Below are positions 1-15,000 of a stretch of DNA of 64,000 nt, in pieces. Numbering within the stretch: position 1 is the first letter of the stretch; every line of letters begins with the position of its first letter. The stretch is from Eledone cirrhosa (lineage: Eukaryota). The position numbers were made by a program, and so were the translations under genes. The DNA lies in NCBI GenBank assembly GCA_964016885.1, contig CAXHJY010000973.1, positions 607,914 to 671,913 of the forward strand, given 5' to 3'. Under the pieces are notes generated by a model. That model worked only from the letters and a program-made list of their open reading frames with translations, was not told where the DNA came from and searched no databases.

Positions 1-3000
1 ACTACTCTGTACTCCAGTGTAACTATATTAACTACTCTCTACTCCAGTGTAACTATATTAACTACTCTGTACCCCAGTGTAACTATATTAACTACTCTCT
101 ACTCCAGTGTAACCATAGTAACTACTCTCTACTCCAGTGTAACTATATTAACTACTCTATACTCCAGTGTAACTATATTAACTATTCTTTACTCCAGTGT
201 AACCATATTAACTACTCTGTACTCCAGTGTAACCATATTAACTATTCTATACTTCAGTGTAACTATATTAACTACTCTCTACTCCAGTGTAACTATATTA
301 TTAACTACTCTGAACTCCAGTGTAACTATATTACCTACTCTATACTCCAATGTAACTATATTAACTATTCTTTACTCCAGTGTAACTATATTAACTACTC
401 TCTACTCCAGTGTAACCATATTAACTACTCTGTACTTCAGTGTAACTATATTAACTACTCTCTACTCCAGTGTAACTATATTAACTACTCTCTACTCCAG
501 TGTAACCATATTAACTACTCTGTACTCCAGTGTAACTATATTAACTACTCTCTACTCCAGTGTAACTATATTATTAACTACTCTGAACTCCAGTGTAACT
601 ATATTACCTACTCTATACTCCAATGTAACTATAGTAAGTACTCTGTACCCCTGTGTAACCATATTAACTACTCTGTACTCCAGTGTAACTATATTAACTA
701 TTCTGTACTCCAGTGTAACTATATTAACTACTCTCTACTCCAGTGTAACTATATTAACTACTCTCTACTCCAGTGTAACTATATTATTAACTACTCTGTA
801 CTCCAGTGTAACTATATTACCTACTCTATACTCCAGTGTAACTATATTAACTACTCTCTACTCCAGTGTAACTATATTAACTACTCTCTACTCCAATGTA
901 ACTATATTAACTACTCTGTACTCCAGTGTAACTATATTAACTACTCTCTACTCCAGTGTAACTCTATTAACTATTCTTTACTCCAGTGTAACTATATTAA
1001 CTATTCTTTACTCCAGTGTAACTATATTAACTACTCTGTACTCCAGTGTAACCATATTAACTACTCTGTACTTCAGTGTAACTATATTAACTACTCTCTA
1101 CTCCAGTGTAACTATATTAACTACTCTCTACCCCAGTGTAACTATATTAACTACTGTGTACTCCAGTGTAACTATATTAACTACTCTATACTCCAGTGAA
1201 ACAATATTAACTACTATGTACACCAGTGTAACCATATTATTAACTACTCTGTACTCCAGTGTAACCCTATTATTAACTACTCCGTACTCCAGTGTAACTA
1301 TATTAACTACTCTATACTCCAGTGAAACAATATTAACTAATCTGTAGTCCAGTGTAACCATATTAACTACTCTCTACTCCAGTGTAACCATATTAACTAC
1401 GCTGTACTCCAGTGTAACCATATTAACTACTCTGTACTCCAGTGTAACTATATTAACTACTCTGTACTTCAGTGTAACCCTATTATTAACTACTCTGTAC
1501 TCCAGTGTAACTATAATAACTACTCTCTACTCCAGTGTAACCATAGTAACTACTCTCTGCTCCAGTGTAACTATATTAACTACTCTGTACTTCAGTGTAA
1601 CTATATTAACTACTCTGTACTTCAGTGTAACTATATTAACTACTCTCTACCCCAGTGTAACTATATTAACTACTGTGTACTCCAGTGTAACTATATTAAC
1701 TACTCTATACTCCAGTGAAACAATATTAACTACTCTGTACTCCAGTGTATCCCTATTATTAACTACTCCGTACTCCAGTGTAACTATATTAACTACTCTA
1801 TACTCCAGTGAAACTATATTAACTACTCTCTACTCCAGTGTAACTATATTAACTACTCTGTACTTCAGTGTAACCCTATTATTAACTACTCTGTACTCCA
1901 GTGTAACTATAATAACTACTCTCTACTCCAGTGTAACCATAGTAACTACTCTCTACTCCAGTGTAACTATATTAACTACTCTGTACCCCAGTGTAACTAT
2001 ATTAACTACTCTCTACTCCAGTGTAACCATAGTAACTACTCTCTACTCCAGTGTAACTATATTAACTACTCTATACTCCAGTGTAACTATATTAACTATT
2101 CTTTACTCCAGTGTAACCATATTAACTACTCTGTACTCCAGTGTAACCATATTAACTACTCTATACTTCAGTGTAACTATATTAACTACTCTCTACTCCA
2201 GTGTAACTATATTATTAACTACTCTCTACTCCAGTGTAATTATATTACCTACTCTATACTCCAATGTAACTATAGTAACTATTCTTTACTCCAGTGTAAC
2301 TATATTAACTACTCTGTACTCCAGTGTAACTATATTAACTACTCTCTACTCCAGTGTAACTATATTACCTACTCTATACTCCAATGTAACTATATTAACT
2401 ATTCTTTACTCCAGTGTAACTATATTAACTACTCTGTACTCCAGTGTAACCATATTAACTACTCTGTACTCCAGTGTAACCATATTAACTACTCTGTACT
2501 CCAATGTAACTATATTAACTATTCTTTACTCCAGTGTAACTATATTAACTACTCTGTACTTCAGTGTAACTATATTAACTACTCTGTACTTCAGTGTAAC
2601 TATATTAACTACTCTCTACTCCAGTGTAACTATATTACCTACTCTATACTCCAATGTAACTATATTAACTATTCTTTACTCCAGTGTAACTATATTAACT
2701 ACTCTGTACTCCAGTGTAACCATATTAACTACTCTGTACTCCAATGTAACTATATTAACTACTCTGTACTCCAGTGTAACTATATTAACTACTCTGTAAT
2801 CCAGTGTAACTATAGTAAGTACTCTGTACCCCAGTGTAACCATATTAACTACTCTATACTCCAGTGTAACGATATTAACTATTCTTTACTCCAGTGTAAC
2901 TATATTAACTATTCTTTATTCCAGTGTAACTATATTAACTACTCTGTACTCCAGTGTAACCATATTAACTACTCTGTACTCCAGTGTAACCATATTAACT

Positions 3001-6000
3001 ACTCTGTACTTCAGTGTAACTATATTAACTACTCTCTACTCCATTGTAACTATATTAACTACTCTCAACTCCAGTGTAACTATATTAACTACTCTGTACC
3101 CCAGTGTAACTATATTAACTACTCTGTACTCCAGTGTAACTATATTAACTACTCTGTACTCCAGTGAAACAATATTAACTAATCTGTACTCCAGTGTAAC
3201 CATAGTAACTACTCTCTACTCCAGTGTAACCATATTAACTACGCTGTACTCCAGTGTAAACATATTAACTACGCTGTACTCCAGTGTAACCATATTAACT
3301 ACGCTGTACTCCAGTGTAACTATATTAACTACTCTGTATCCCAGTGTAACTATATTAACTACTCTGTACCACAGTGTAACTATATTAACTACTCTATACT
3401 CCAGTGAAACAATATTAACTACGCTGTAGTCCAGTGTAACCATATTAACTACTCTGTACTTCCGTGTAACCCTATTATTAACTACTCTCTACTCCAGTGT
3501 AACCATATTAACTACTCTGTACTTCAGTGTAACTCTATTATTAACTACTCTGTACTCCAGTGTAACTATATTAACTACTCTCTACTCCAGTGTAACTATA
3601 TTAACTACTCTCTACTCCAGTGTAACTATATTAACTACTCTCTACTCCAGTGTAACTATTTTACCTACTCTCTACTCCAGTGTAACTATATTACCTATTC
3701 TCTACTCCAGTGTATCTATATTAACTACTCTGTACTCCAGTGTAACTATATTAACTATTCTGTACGCCAGTGTAACTATATTAACTACTCTCTACTCCAG
3801 TGTAACTATATTAACTACTCTATACTCCAGTGTAACTATATTAAATATTCTTTACTCCAGTGTAACCATATTAACTACTCTGTACTCCAGTGTAACCATA
3901 TTAACTACTCTATACTTCAGTGTAACTATATTAACTACTCTCTACTCCAGTGTAACTATATTATTAACTACTCTGTACTCCAGTGTAACTATATTACCTA
4001 CTCTATACTCCAATGTAACTATATTAACTATTCTTTACTCCAGTGTAACTATATTAACTACTCTGTACTCCAGTGTAACCATATTAACTACTCTGTACTT
4101 CAGTGTAACTATATTAACTACTCCCTACTCCAGTGTAACTATATAAACTACTCTCTACTCCAGTGTAATTATATTAACTACTCTGTACCCCAGTGTAACT
4201 ATATTAAATACTCTGTACTCCAGTGTAACTATATTAACTACTCTATACTCCAGTGAAACAATATTAACTACCCTGTACCCCAGTGTAACTATATTAACTA
4301 CTCTCTACTCCAGTGTAACTATATTAACTACTCTTTACTCCAGTGTGACTATATTAACTACTCTGTACCCCAGTGTAACTATATTAACTACTCTGTACTC
4401 CAGTGTAACTATATTAACTACTCTCTACTCCAGTGTAACTATATTAACTACTCTGTACTCCAGTGTAACTATATTAACTAGTCTCTACTCCAGTGAAACT
4501 ATATTAACTACTCTGTAATCCAGTGTAACTATAGTAACTACTCTGTACCCCAGTGTAACCATATTAACTACTCTGTACTCCAGTGTAAATATATTAACTA
4601 CTCTCTACTCCAGTGTAACCATAGTAACTACTCTCTACTCCAGTGTAACTATATTAACTACTCTCTACTCCAGTGTAACCATATTAACTACTCTGTACCC
4701 CAGTGTAACTATATTAACTACTCTATACTCCAGTGAAACAATATTAACTACTATGTACACCAGTGTAACCATATTATTAACTACTCTGTACTCCAGTGTA
4801 ACCCTATTATTAACTACTCTGTACTCCAGTGTAACTATATTAACTACTCTGTACTCCAGTGAAACAATATTAACTAATCTGTACTCCAGTGTAACCATAG
4901 TAACTACTCTCTACTCCAGTGTAACCATATTAACTACGCTGTACTCCAGTGTAACCATATTAACTACGCTGTACTCCAGTGTAACCATATTAACTACGCT
5001 GTACTCCAGTGTAACTATATTAACTATTCTGTACTCCAGTGTAACTATATTAACTACTCTCTACTCCAGTGTAACTATATTAACTACTCTGTACTCCAGT
5101 CTAACTATATTAACTACTCTGTAATCCAGTGTAACTATAGTAACTACTCTGTACCCCAGTGTAACCATATTAACTACTCTGTACTCCAGTGTAACTATAT
5201 TAACTATTCTGTACTCCCGTGTAACTATATTAACTACTCTCTACTCCAGTGTAACTATATTAACTACTCTGTACCCCAGTGTAACTATATTAACTACTCT
5301 CTACTCCAGTGTAACCATAGTAACTACTCTCTACTCCAGTGTAACTATATTAACTACTCTCTACTCCAGTGTAACTATATTACCTACTCTCTACTCCAGT
5401 GTAACTATATTACCTATTCTCTACTCCAGTGTAACTATATTAACTATTCTGTACTCCCGTGTAACTATATTAACTACTCTCTACTCCAGTGTAACTATAT
5501 TAACTACTCTGTACCCCAGTGTAACTATATTAACTACTCTCTACTCCAGTGTAACCATAGTAACTACTCTCTACTCCAGTGTAACCATATTAACTACGCT
5601 GTACTCCAGTGTAACTATATGAACTACTCTGTACTCCAGTGTAACTATATTAACTACTCTGTACTCCAGTGTAACTATATTAACTATTCTGTACGCCAGT
5701 GTAACTATATTAACTACTCTCTACTCCAGCGTAACTATATTAACTACTCTGTACTCCAGTGTAACTATATTAACTACTCTGTAATCCAGTGTAACTATAG
5801 TAAGTACTCTGTACCCCAGTGTAACCATATTAACTACTCTGTACTCCAGTGTAACTATATTAACTATTCTGTACTCCAGTGTAACTATATTAACTACTCT
5901 CTACTCCAGTGTAACTATAGTAAGTACTCTGTACCCCAGTGTAACCATATTAACTACTCTGTACCCCAGTGTAACTATATTAACTATTCTGTACTCCAGT

Positions 6001-9000
6001 GTAACTATATTAACTACTCTCTACTCCAGTGTCACTATATTAACTACTCTGTACCCCAGTGTAACTATATTAACTACTCTCTACTCCAGTGTAACCATAG
6101 TAACTACTCTCTACTCCAGTGTAACTATATTAACTACTCTATAGTCCAGTGTAACTATATTAACTATTCTTTACTCCAGTGTAACTCTATTAACTACTCT
6201 GTACTCCAGTGTAACCATATTAAATACTCTGTACTCCAGTGTAACCATATTAAATACTCTCTACTCCAGTGTAACTATATAAACTACTCTCTACTCCAGT
6301 GTAATTATAGTAACTACTCTGTACCCCAGTGTAACTATATTAAATACTCTGTACTCCAGTGTAACTATATTAACTACTCTATACTCCAGTGAAACAATAT
6401 TAACTACTCTGTACCCCAGTGTAACTATATTACCTACTCTATACTCCAGTGTAACTATATTAACTACTCTTTACTCCAATGTAACTATATTAACTACTCT
6501 GTACCCCAGTGTAACTATATTAACTACTCTGTACTCCAGTGTAACTATATTAACTACTCTCTACTCCAGTGTAACTATATTAACTACTCTGTACTCCACT
6601 GAAACTATATTAACTACTCTGTAATCCAGTGTAACTATAGTAACTACTCTGTACCCCAGTGTAACCATATTAACTACTCTGTACTCCAGTGTAACTATAT
6701 TAACTACTCTGTACTCCAGTGTAACTATATTAACTACTCTCTACTCCAGTGTAACCATATTAACTACTCTGTACTCCAGTGTCACCATATTAACTACTCT
6801 ATACTTCAGTGTAATTATATTAACTACTCTCTACTCCAGTGTAACTATATTATTAACTACTCTGTACTCCAGTGTAACTATATTACCTACTCTATACTCC
6901 AGTGTAACTATATTAACTACTCTCTACTCCAGTGTAACTATATTAACTACTCTCTACTCCAGTGTAACTATATTAACTACTCTCTACTCCAGTGTAACTA
7001 TATTAACTACTCTGTGCTCCAGTGTAACTATATTAACTACTCTGTACTCCAGTGTAACTATATTAACTACTCTCTACTCCAGTGTAACTATATTAACTAC
7101 TCTATACTCCAGTGTAACTATATTAACTATTCTTTACTCCAGTGTAACTATATTAACTATTCTTTACTCCAGTGTAACTATATTAACCATTCTTTACTCC
7201 AGTGTAACTATATTAACTACTATGTACACCAGTGTAACCATATTATTAACTACTCTGTACTCCAGTGTAACTATATTAACTACTCTGTAATCCAGTGTAA
7301 TTATAGTAAGTACTCTGTACCCCAGTGTAACCATATTAACTACTCTGTACTCCAGTGTAACTATATTAACTATTCTGTACTCCAGTGTAACTATATTAAC
7401 TACTCTCTACTCCAGTGTAACTATATTAACTACTCTCTACTCCAGTGTAACTATATTAACTACTCTGTACCCCAGTGTAACTATATTAACTACTCTCTAC
7501 TCCAGTGTAACCATAGTAACTACTCTCTACTCCAGTGTAACTATATTAACTACTCTATAGTCCAGTGTAACTATATTAACTATTTTTACTCCAGTGTAAC
7601 CATATTAACTACTCTATACTTCAGTGTACCTATATTAACTACTCTCTACTCCAGAGTAACTATATTATTAACTACTCTGTACTCCAGTGTAACTATATTA
7701 CCTACTCTATACTCCAGTGTAACTATATTAACTACTCTATAGTCCAGTGTAACTATATTAACTATTCTTTACTCCAGTGTAACTCTATTAACTACTCTGT
7801 ACTCCAGTGTAACCATATTAAATACTCTGTACTCCAGTGTAACTATATTAACTACTCTCTACTCCAGTGTAACTATATAAACTACTCTCTACTCCAGTGT
7901 AATTATAGTAACTACTCTGTACCCCAGTGTAACTATATTAAATACTCTGTACTCCAGTGTAACTATATTAACTACTCTATACTCCAGTGAAACAATATTA
8001 ACTACTCTGTAACCCAGTGTAACTACATTAACTACTCTCTACTCCAGTGTAACTATATTAACTACTCTTTACTCCAGTGTAACTATATTAACTACTCTGT
8101 ACCCCAGTGTAACTATATTAACTACTCTGTACTCCAGTGTAACTATATTAACTACTCTCTACTCCAGTGTAACTATATTAACTACTCTGTACTCCAGTGT
8201 AACTATATTAACTACTCTCTACTCCACTGAAACTATATTAACTACTCTGTAATCCAGTGTAACTATAGTAACTACTCTGTACCCCAGTGTAACCATATTA
8301 ACTACTCTGTACTCCAGTGTAACTATATTAACTACTCTGTACTCCAGTGTAACTATATTAACTACTCTCTACTCCAGTGTAACTATATTAACTACTCTAT
8401 ACTCCAGTGTAACGATATTAACTACTCTTTACTCCAGTGTAACTATATTAACTACTCTGTACCCCAGTGTAACTATATTAACTACTCTGTACTCCAGTGT
8501 AACTATATTAACTACTCTCTACTCCAGTGTAACTATATTAACTACTCTGTACTCCAGTGTAACTATATTAACTACTCTCTACTCCAGTGTAACCATATTA
8601 ACTACTCTGTACTCCAGTGTCACCATATTAACTACTCTATACTTCAGTGTAATTATATTAACTACTCTCTACTCCAGTGTAATTATATTAACTACTCTGT
8701 ACTCCAGTGTAACTATATTACCTACTCTATACTCCAGTGTAACTATATTAACTACTCTCTACTCCAGTGTAACTATATTAACTACTCTCTACTCCAGTGT
8801 AACTATATTAACTACTCTCTACTCCAGTGTAACTATATTAACTACTCTGTACTCCAGTGTAACCATATTAACTACTCTGTACTCAAGTGTAACCATATTA
8901 ACTACTCTGTACTTCAGTGTAACTATATTAACTACTCTCTACTCCAGTGTAACTATATTAACTACTCTCTACTCTATTGTAACTATATTGACTACTCTGT

Positions 9001-12000
9001 ACCCCAGTGTAACTATATTAACTACTCTGTACTCCAGTGTAACTATATTAACTACTCTATACTCCAGTGAAACAATATTAACTACTATGTACACCAGTGT
9101 AACCATATTATTAACTACTCTGTACTCCAGTTTAACACTATTATTAACTACTCTGTACTCCAGTGTAACTATATTAACTACTCTCTACTCCAGTGTAACT
9201 ATATTAACTACTCTGTACTCCAGTGTAACTATATTAACTACTCTCTACTCCAGTGTAACTATATTAACTACTCTATACTCCAGTGAAACAATATTAACTA
9301 ATCTGTACTCCAGTGTAACCATAGTAACTACTCTCTACTCCAGTGTAACCATATTAACTACGCTGTACTCCAGTGTAACCATATTAACTACGCTGTACTC
9401 CAGTGTAACTATATTAACTACTCTGTACCCCAGTGTAACTATATTAACTACTCTGTACTCCAGTGTAACTATATTAACTACTCTGTACTCCAGTGTAACT
9501 ATATTAACTACTCTGTACCCCAGTGTAACTATATTAACTACTCTGTACCCCAGTGTAACCATATTAACTACTCTGTACTTCAGTGTAACCCTATTATTAA
9601 CTACTCTCTACTCCAGTGTAACCATATTAACTACTCTGTACTTCAGTGTAACCCTATTATTAACTATTCTGTACCCCAGTGTAACTATATTAACTACTCT
9701 CTACTCCAGTGTAACCATATTAACTACGCTGTACTCCAGTGTAACCATATTAACTACTCTGTACCCCAGTGTAACTATATTAACTACTCTCTACTCCAGT
9801 GTAACCATAGTAACTACTCTCTACTCCAGTGTAACTATATTAACTACTCTGTACCCCAGTGTAACTATATTAACTACTCTGTAATCCAGTGTAACTATAG
9901 TAAGTACTCTGTACCCCAGTGTAACCATATTAACTACTCTGTACTCCAGTGTAACTATATTAACTACTCTCTACTCCAGTGTAACTATATTAACTACTCT
10001 GTACCCCAGTGTAACTATATTAACTACTCTCTACTCCAGTGTAACCATAGTAACTACTCTCTACTCCAGTGTAACTATATTAACTACTCTATACTCCAGT
10101 GTAACTATATTAACTATTCTTTACTCCAGTGTAACCATATTAACTACTCTGTACTCCAGTGTAACCATATTAACTATTCTATACTTCAGTGTAACTATAT
10201 TAACTACTCTCTACTCCAGTGTAACTATATTATTAACTACTCTGAACTCCAGTGTAACTATATTACCTACTCTATACTCCAATGTAACTATATTAACTAT
10301 TCTTTACTCCAGTGTAACTATATTAACTACTCTGTACTCCAGTGTAACCATATTAACTACTCTGTACTTCAGTGTAACTATATTAACTACTCTCTACTCC
10401 AGTGTAACTATATTAACTACTCTCTACTCCAGTGTAACCATATTAACTACTCTGTACTCCAGTGTAACTATATTAACTACTCTCTACTCCAGTGTAACTA
10501 TATTATTAACTACTCTGAACTCCAGTGTAACTATATTACCTACTCTATACTCCAATGTAACTATAGTAAGTACTCTGTACCCATGTGTAACCATATTAAC
10601 TACTCTGTACTCCAGTGTAACTATATTAACTATTCTGTACTCCAGTGTAACTATATTAACTACTCTCTACTCCAGTGTAACTATATTAACTACTCTCTAC
10701 TCCAGTGTAACTATATTATTAACTACTCTGTACTCCAGTGTAACTATATTACCTACTCTATACTCCAGTGTAACTATATTAACTACTCTCTACTCCAGTG
10801 TAACTATATTAACTACTCTCTACTCCAATGTAACTATATTAACTACTCTGTACTCCAGTGTAACTATATTAACTACTCTCTACTCCAGTGTAACTCTATT
10901 AACTATTCTTTACTCCAGTGTAACTATATTAACTATTCTTTACTCCAGTGTAACTATATTAACTACTCTGTACTCCAGTGTAACCATATTAACTACTCTG
11001 TACTTCAGTGTAACTATATTAACTACTCTCTACTCCAGTGTAACTATATTAACTACTCTCTACCCCAGTGTAACTATATTAACTACTGTGTACTCCAGTG
11101 TAACTATATTAACTACTCTATACTCCAGTGAAACAATATTAACTACTCTGTACTCCAGTGTAACTATATTAACTACTCTCTACTCCAGTGTAACTATATT
11201 ACCTACTCTATACTCCAATGTAACTATATTAACTATTCTTTACTCCAGTGTAACTATATTAACTACTCTGTACTCCAGTGTAACCATATTAACTACTCTG
11301 TACTCCAGTGTAACCATATTAACTACTCTGTACTCCAATGTAACTATATTAACTATTCTTTACTCCAGTGTAACTATATTAACTACTCTGTACTTCAGTG
11401 TAACTATATTAACTACTCTGTACTTCAGTGTAACTATATTAACTACTCTCTACTCCAGTGTAACTATATTACCTACTCTATACTCCAATGTAACTATATT
11501 AACTATTCTTTACTCCAGTGTAACTATATTAACTACTCTGTACTCCAGTGTAACCATATTAACTACTCTGTACTCCAATGTAACTATATTAACTACTCTG
11601 TACTCCAGTGTAACTATATTAACTACTCTGTAATCCAGTGTAACTATAGTAAGTACTCTGTACCCCAGTGTAACCATATTAACTACTCTATACTCCAGTG
11701 TAACGATATTAACTATTCTTTACTCCAGTGTAACTATATTAACTATTCTTTATTCCAGTGTAACTATATTAACTACTCTGTACTCCAGTGTAACCATATT
11801 AACTACTCTGTACTCCAGTGTAACCATATTAACTACTCTGTACTTCAGTGTAACTATATTAACTACTCTCTACTCCATTGTAACTATATTAACTACTCTC
11901 AACTCCAGTGTAACTATATTAACTACTCTGTACCCCAGTGTAACTATATTAACTACTCTGTACTCCAGTGTAACTATATTAACTACTCTGTACTCCAGTG

Positions 12001-15000
12001 AAACAATATTAACTAATCTGTACTCCAGTGTAACCATAGTAACTACTCTCTACTCCAGTGTAACCATATTAACTACGCTGTACTCCAGTGTAAACATATT
12101 AACTACGCTGTACTCCAGTGTAACCATATTAACTACGCTGTACTCCAGTGTAACTATATTAACTACTCTGTATCCCAGTGTAACTATATTAACTACTCTG
12201 TACCACAGTGTAACTATATTAACTACTCTATACTCCAGTGAAACAATATTAACTACGCTGTAGTCCAGTGTAACCATATTAACTACTCTGTACTTCCGTG
12301 TAACCCTATTATTAACTACTCTCTACTCCAGTGTAACCATATTAACTACTCTGTACTTCAGTGTAACTCTATTATTAACTACTCTGTACTCCAGTGTAAC
12401 TATATTAACTACTCTCTACTCCAGTGTAACTATATTAACTACTCTCTACTCCAGTGTAACTATATTAACTACTCTCTACTCCAGTGTAACTATTTTACCT
12501 ACTCTCTACTCCAGTGTAACTATATTACCTATTCTCTACTCCAGTGTATCTATATTAACTACTCTGTACTCCAGTGTAACTATATTAACTATTCTGTACG
12601 CCAGTGTAACTATATTAACTACTCTCTACTCCAGTGTAACTATATTAACTACTCTATACTCCAGTGTAACTATATTAAATATTCTTTACTCCAGTGTAAC
12701 CATATTAACTACTCTGTACTCCAGTGTAACCATATTAACTACTCTATACTTCAGTGTAACTATATTAACTACTCTCTACTCCAGTGTAACTATATTATTA
12801 ACTACTCTGTACTCCAGTGTAACTATATTACCTACTCTATACTCCAATGTAACTATATTAACTATTCTTTACTCCAGTGTAACTATATTAACTACTCTGT
12901 ACTCCAGTGTAACGATATTAACTACTCTGTACTTCAGTGTAACTATATTAACTACTCCCTACTCCAGTGTAACTATATAAACTACTCTCTACTCCAGTGT
13001 AATTATATTAACTACTCTGTACCCCAGTGTAACTATATTAAATACTCTGTACTCCAGTGTAACTATATTAACTACTCTATACTCCAGTGAAACAATATTA
13101 ACTACCCTGTACCCCAGTGTAACTATATTAACTACTCTCTACTCCAGTGTAACTATATTAACTACTCTTTACTCCAGTGTGACTATATTAACTACTCTGT
13201 ACCCCAGTGTAACTATATTAACTACTCTGTACTCCAGTGTAACTATATTAACTACTCTCTACTCCAGTGTAACTATATTAACTACTCTGTACTCCAGTGT
13301 AACTATATTAACTAGTCTCTACTCCAGTGAAACTATATTAACTACTCTGTAATCCAGTGTAACTATAGTAACTACTCTGTACCCCAGTGTAACCATATTA
13401 ACTACTCTGTACTCCAGTGTAAATATATTAACTACTCTCTACTCCAGTGTAACCATAGTAACTACTCTCTACTCCAGTGTAACTATATTAACTACTCTCT
13501 ACTCCAGTGTAACCATATTAACTACTCTGTACCCCAGTGTAACTATATTAACTACTCTATACTCCAGTGAAACAATATTAACTACTATGTACACCAGTGT
13601 AACCATATTATTAACTACTCTGTACTCCAGTGTAACCCTATTATTAACTACTCTGTACTCCAGTGTAACTATATTAACTACTCTGTACTCCAGTGAAACA
13701 ATATTAACTAATCTGTACTCCAGTGTAACCATAGTAACTACTCTCTACTCCAGTGTAACCATATTAACTACGCTGTACTCCAGTGTAACCATATTAACTA
13801 CGCTGTACTCCAGTGTAACCATATTAACTACGCTGTACTCCAGTGTAACTATATTAACTATTCTGTACTCCAGTGTAACTATATTAACTACTCTCTACTC
13901 CAGTGTAACTATATTAACTACTCTGTACTCCAGTCTAACTATATTAACTACTCTGTAATCCAGTGTAACTATAGTAACTACTCTGTACCCCAGTGTAACC
14001 ATATTAACTACTCTGTACTCCAGTGTAACTATATTAACTATTCTGTACTCCCGTGTAACTATATTAACTACTCTCTACTCCAGTGTAACTATATTAACTA
14101 CTCTGTACCCCAGTGTAACTATATTAACTACTCTCTACTCCAGTGTAACCATAGTAACTACTCTCTACTCCAGTGTAACTATATTAACTACTCTCTACTC
14201 CAGTGTAACTATATTACCTACTCTCTACTCCAGTGTAACTATATTACCTATTCTCTACTCCAGTGTAACTATATTAACTATTCTGTACTCCCGTGTAACT
14301 ATATTAACTACTCTCTACTCCAGTGTAACTATATTAACTACTCTGTACCCCAGTGTAACTATATTAACTACTCTCTACTCCAGTGTAACCATAGTAACTA
14401 CTCTCTACTCCAGTGTAACCATATTAACTACGCTGTACTCCAGTGTAACTATATGAACTACTCTGTACTCCAGTGTAACTATATTAACTACTCTGTACTC
14501 CAGTGTAACTATATTAACTATTCTGTACGCCAGTGTAACTATATTAACTACTCTCTACTCCAGCGTAACTATATTAACTACTCTGTACTCCAGTGTAACT
14601 ATATTAACTACTCTGTAATCCAGTGTAACTATAGTAAGTACTCTGTACCCCAGTGTAACCATATTAACTACTCTGTACTCCAGTGTAACTATATTAACTA
14701 TTCTGTACTCCAGTGTAACTATATTAACTACTCTCTACTCCAGTGTAACTATAGTAAGTACTCTGTACCCCAGTGTAACCATATTAACTACTCTGTACCC
14801 CAGTGTAACTATATTAACTATTCTGTACTCCAGTGTAACTATATTAACTACTCTCTACTCCAGTGTCACTATATTAACTACTCTGTACCCCAGTGTAACT
14901 ATATTAACTACTCTCTACTCCAGTGTAACCATAGTAACTACTCTCTACTCCAGTGTAACTATATTAACTACTCTATAGTCCAGTGTAACTATATTAACTA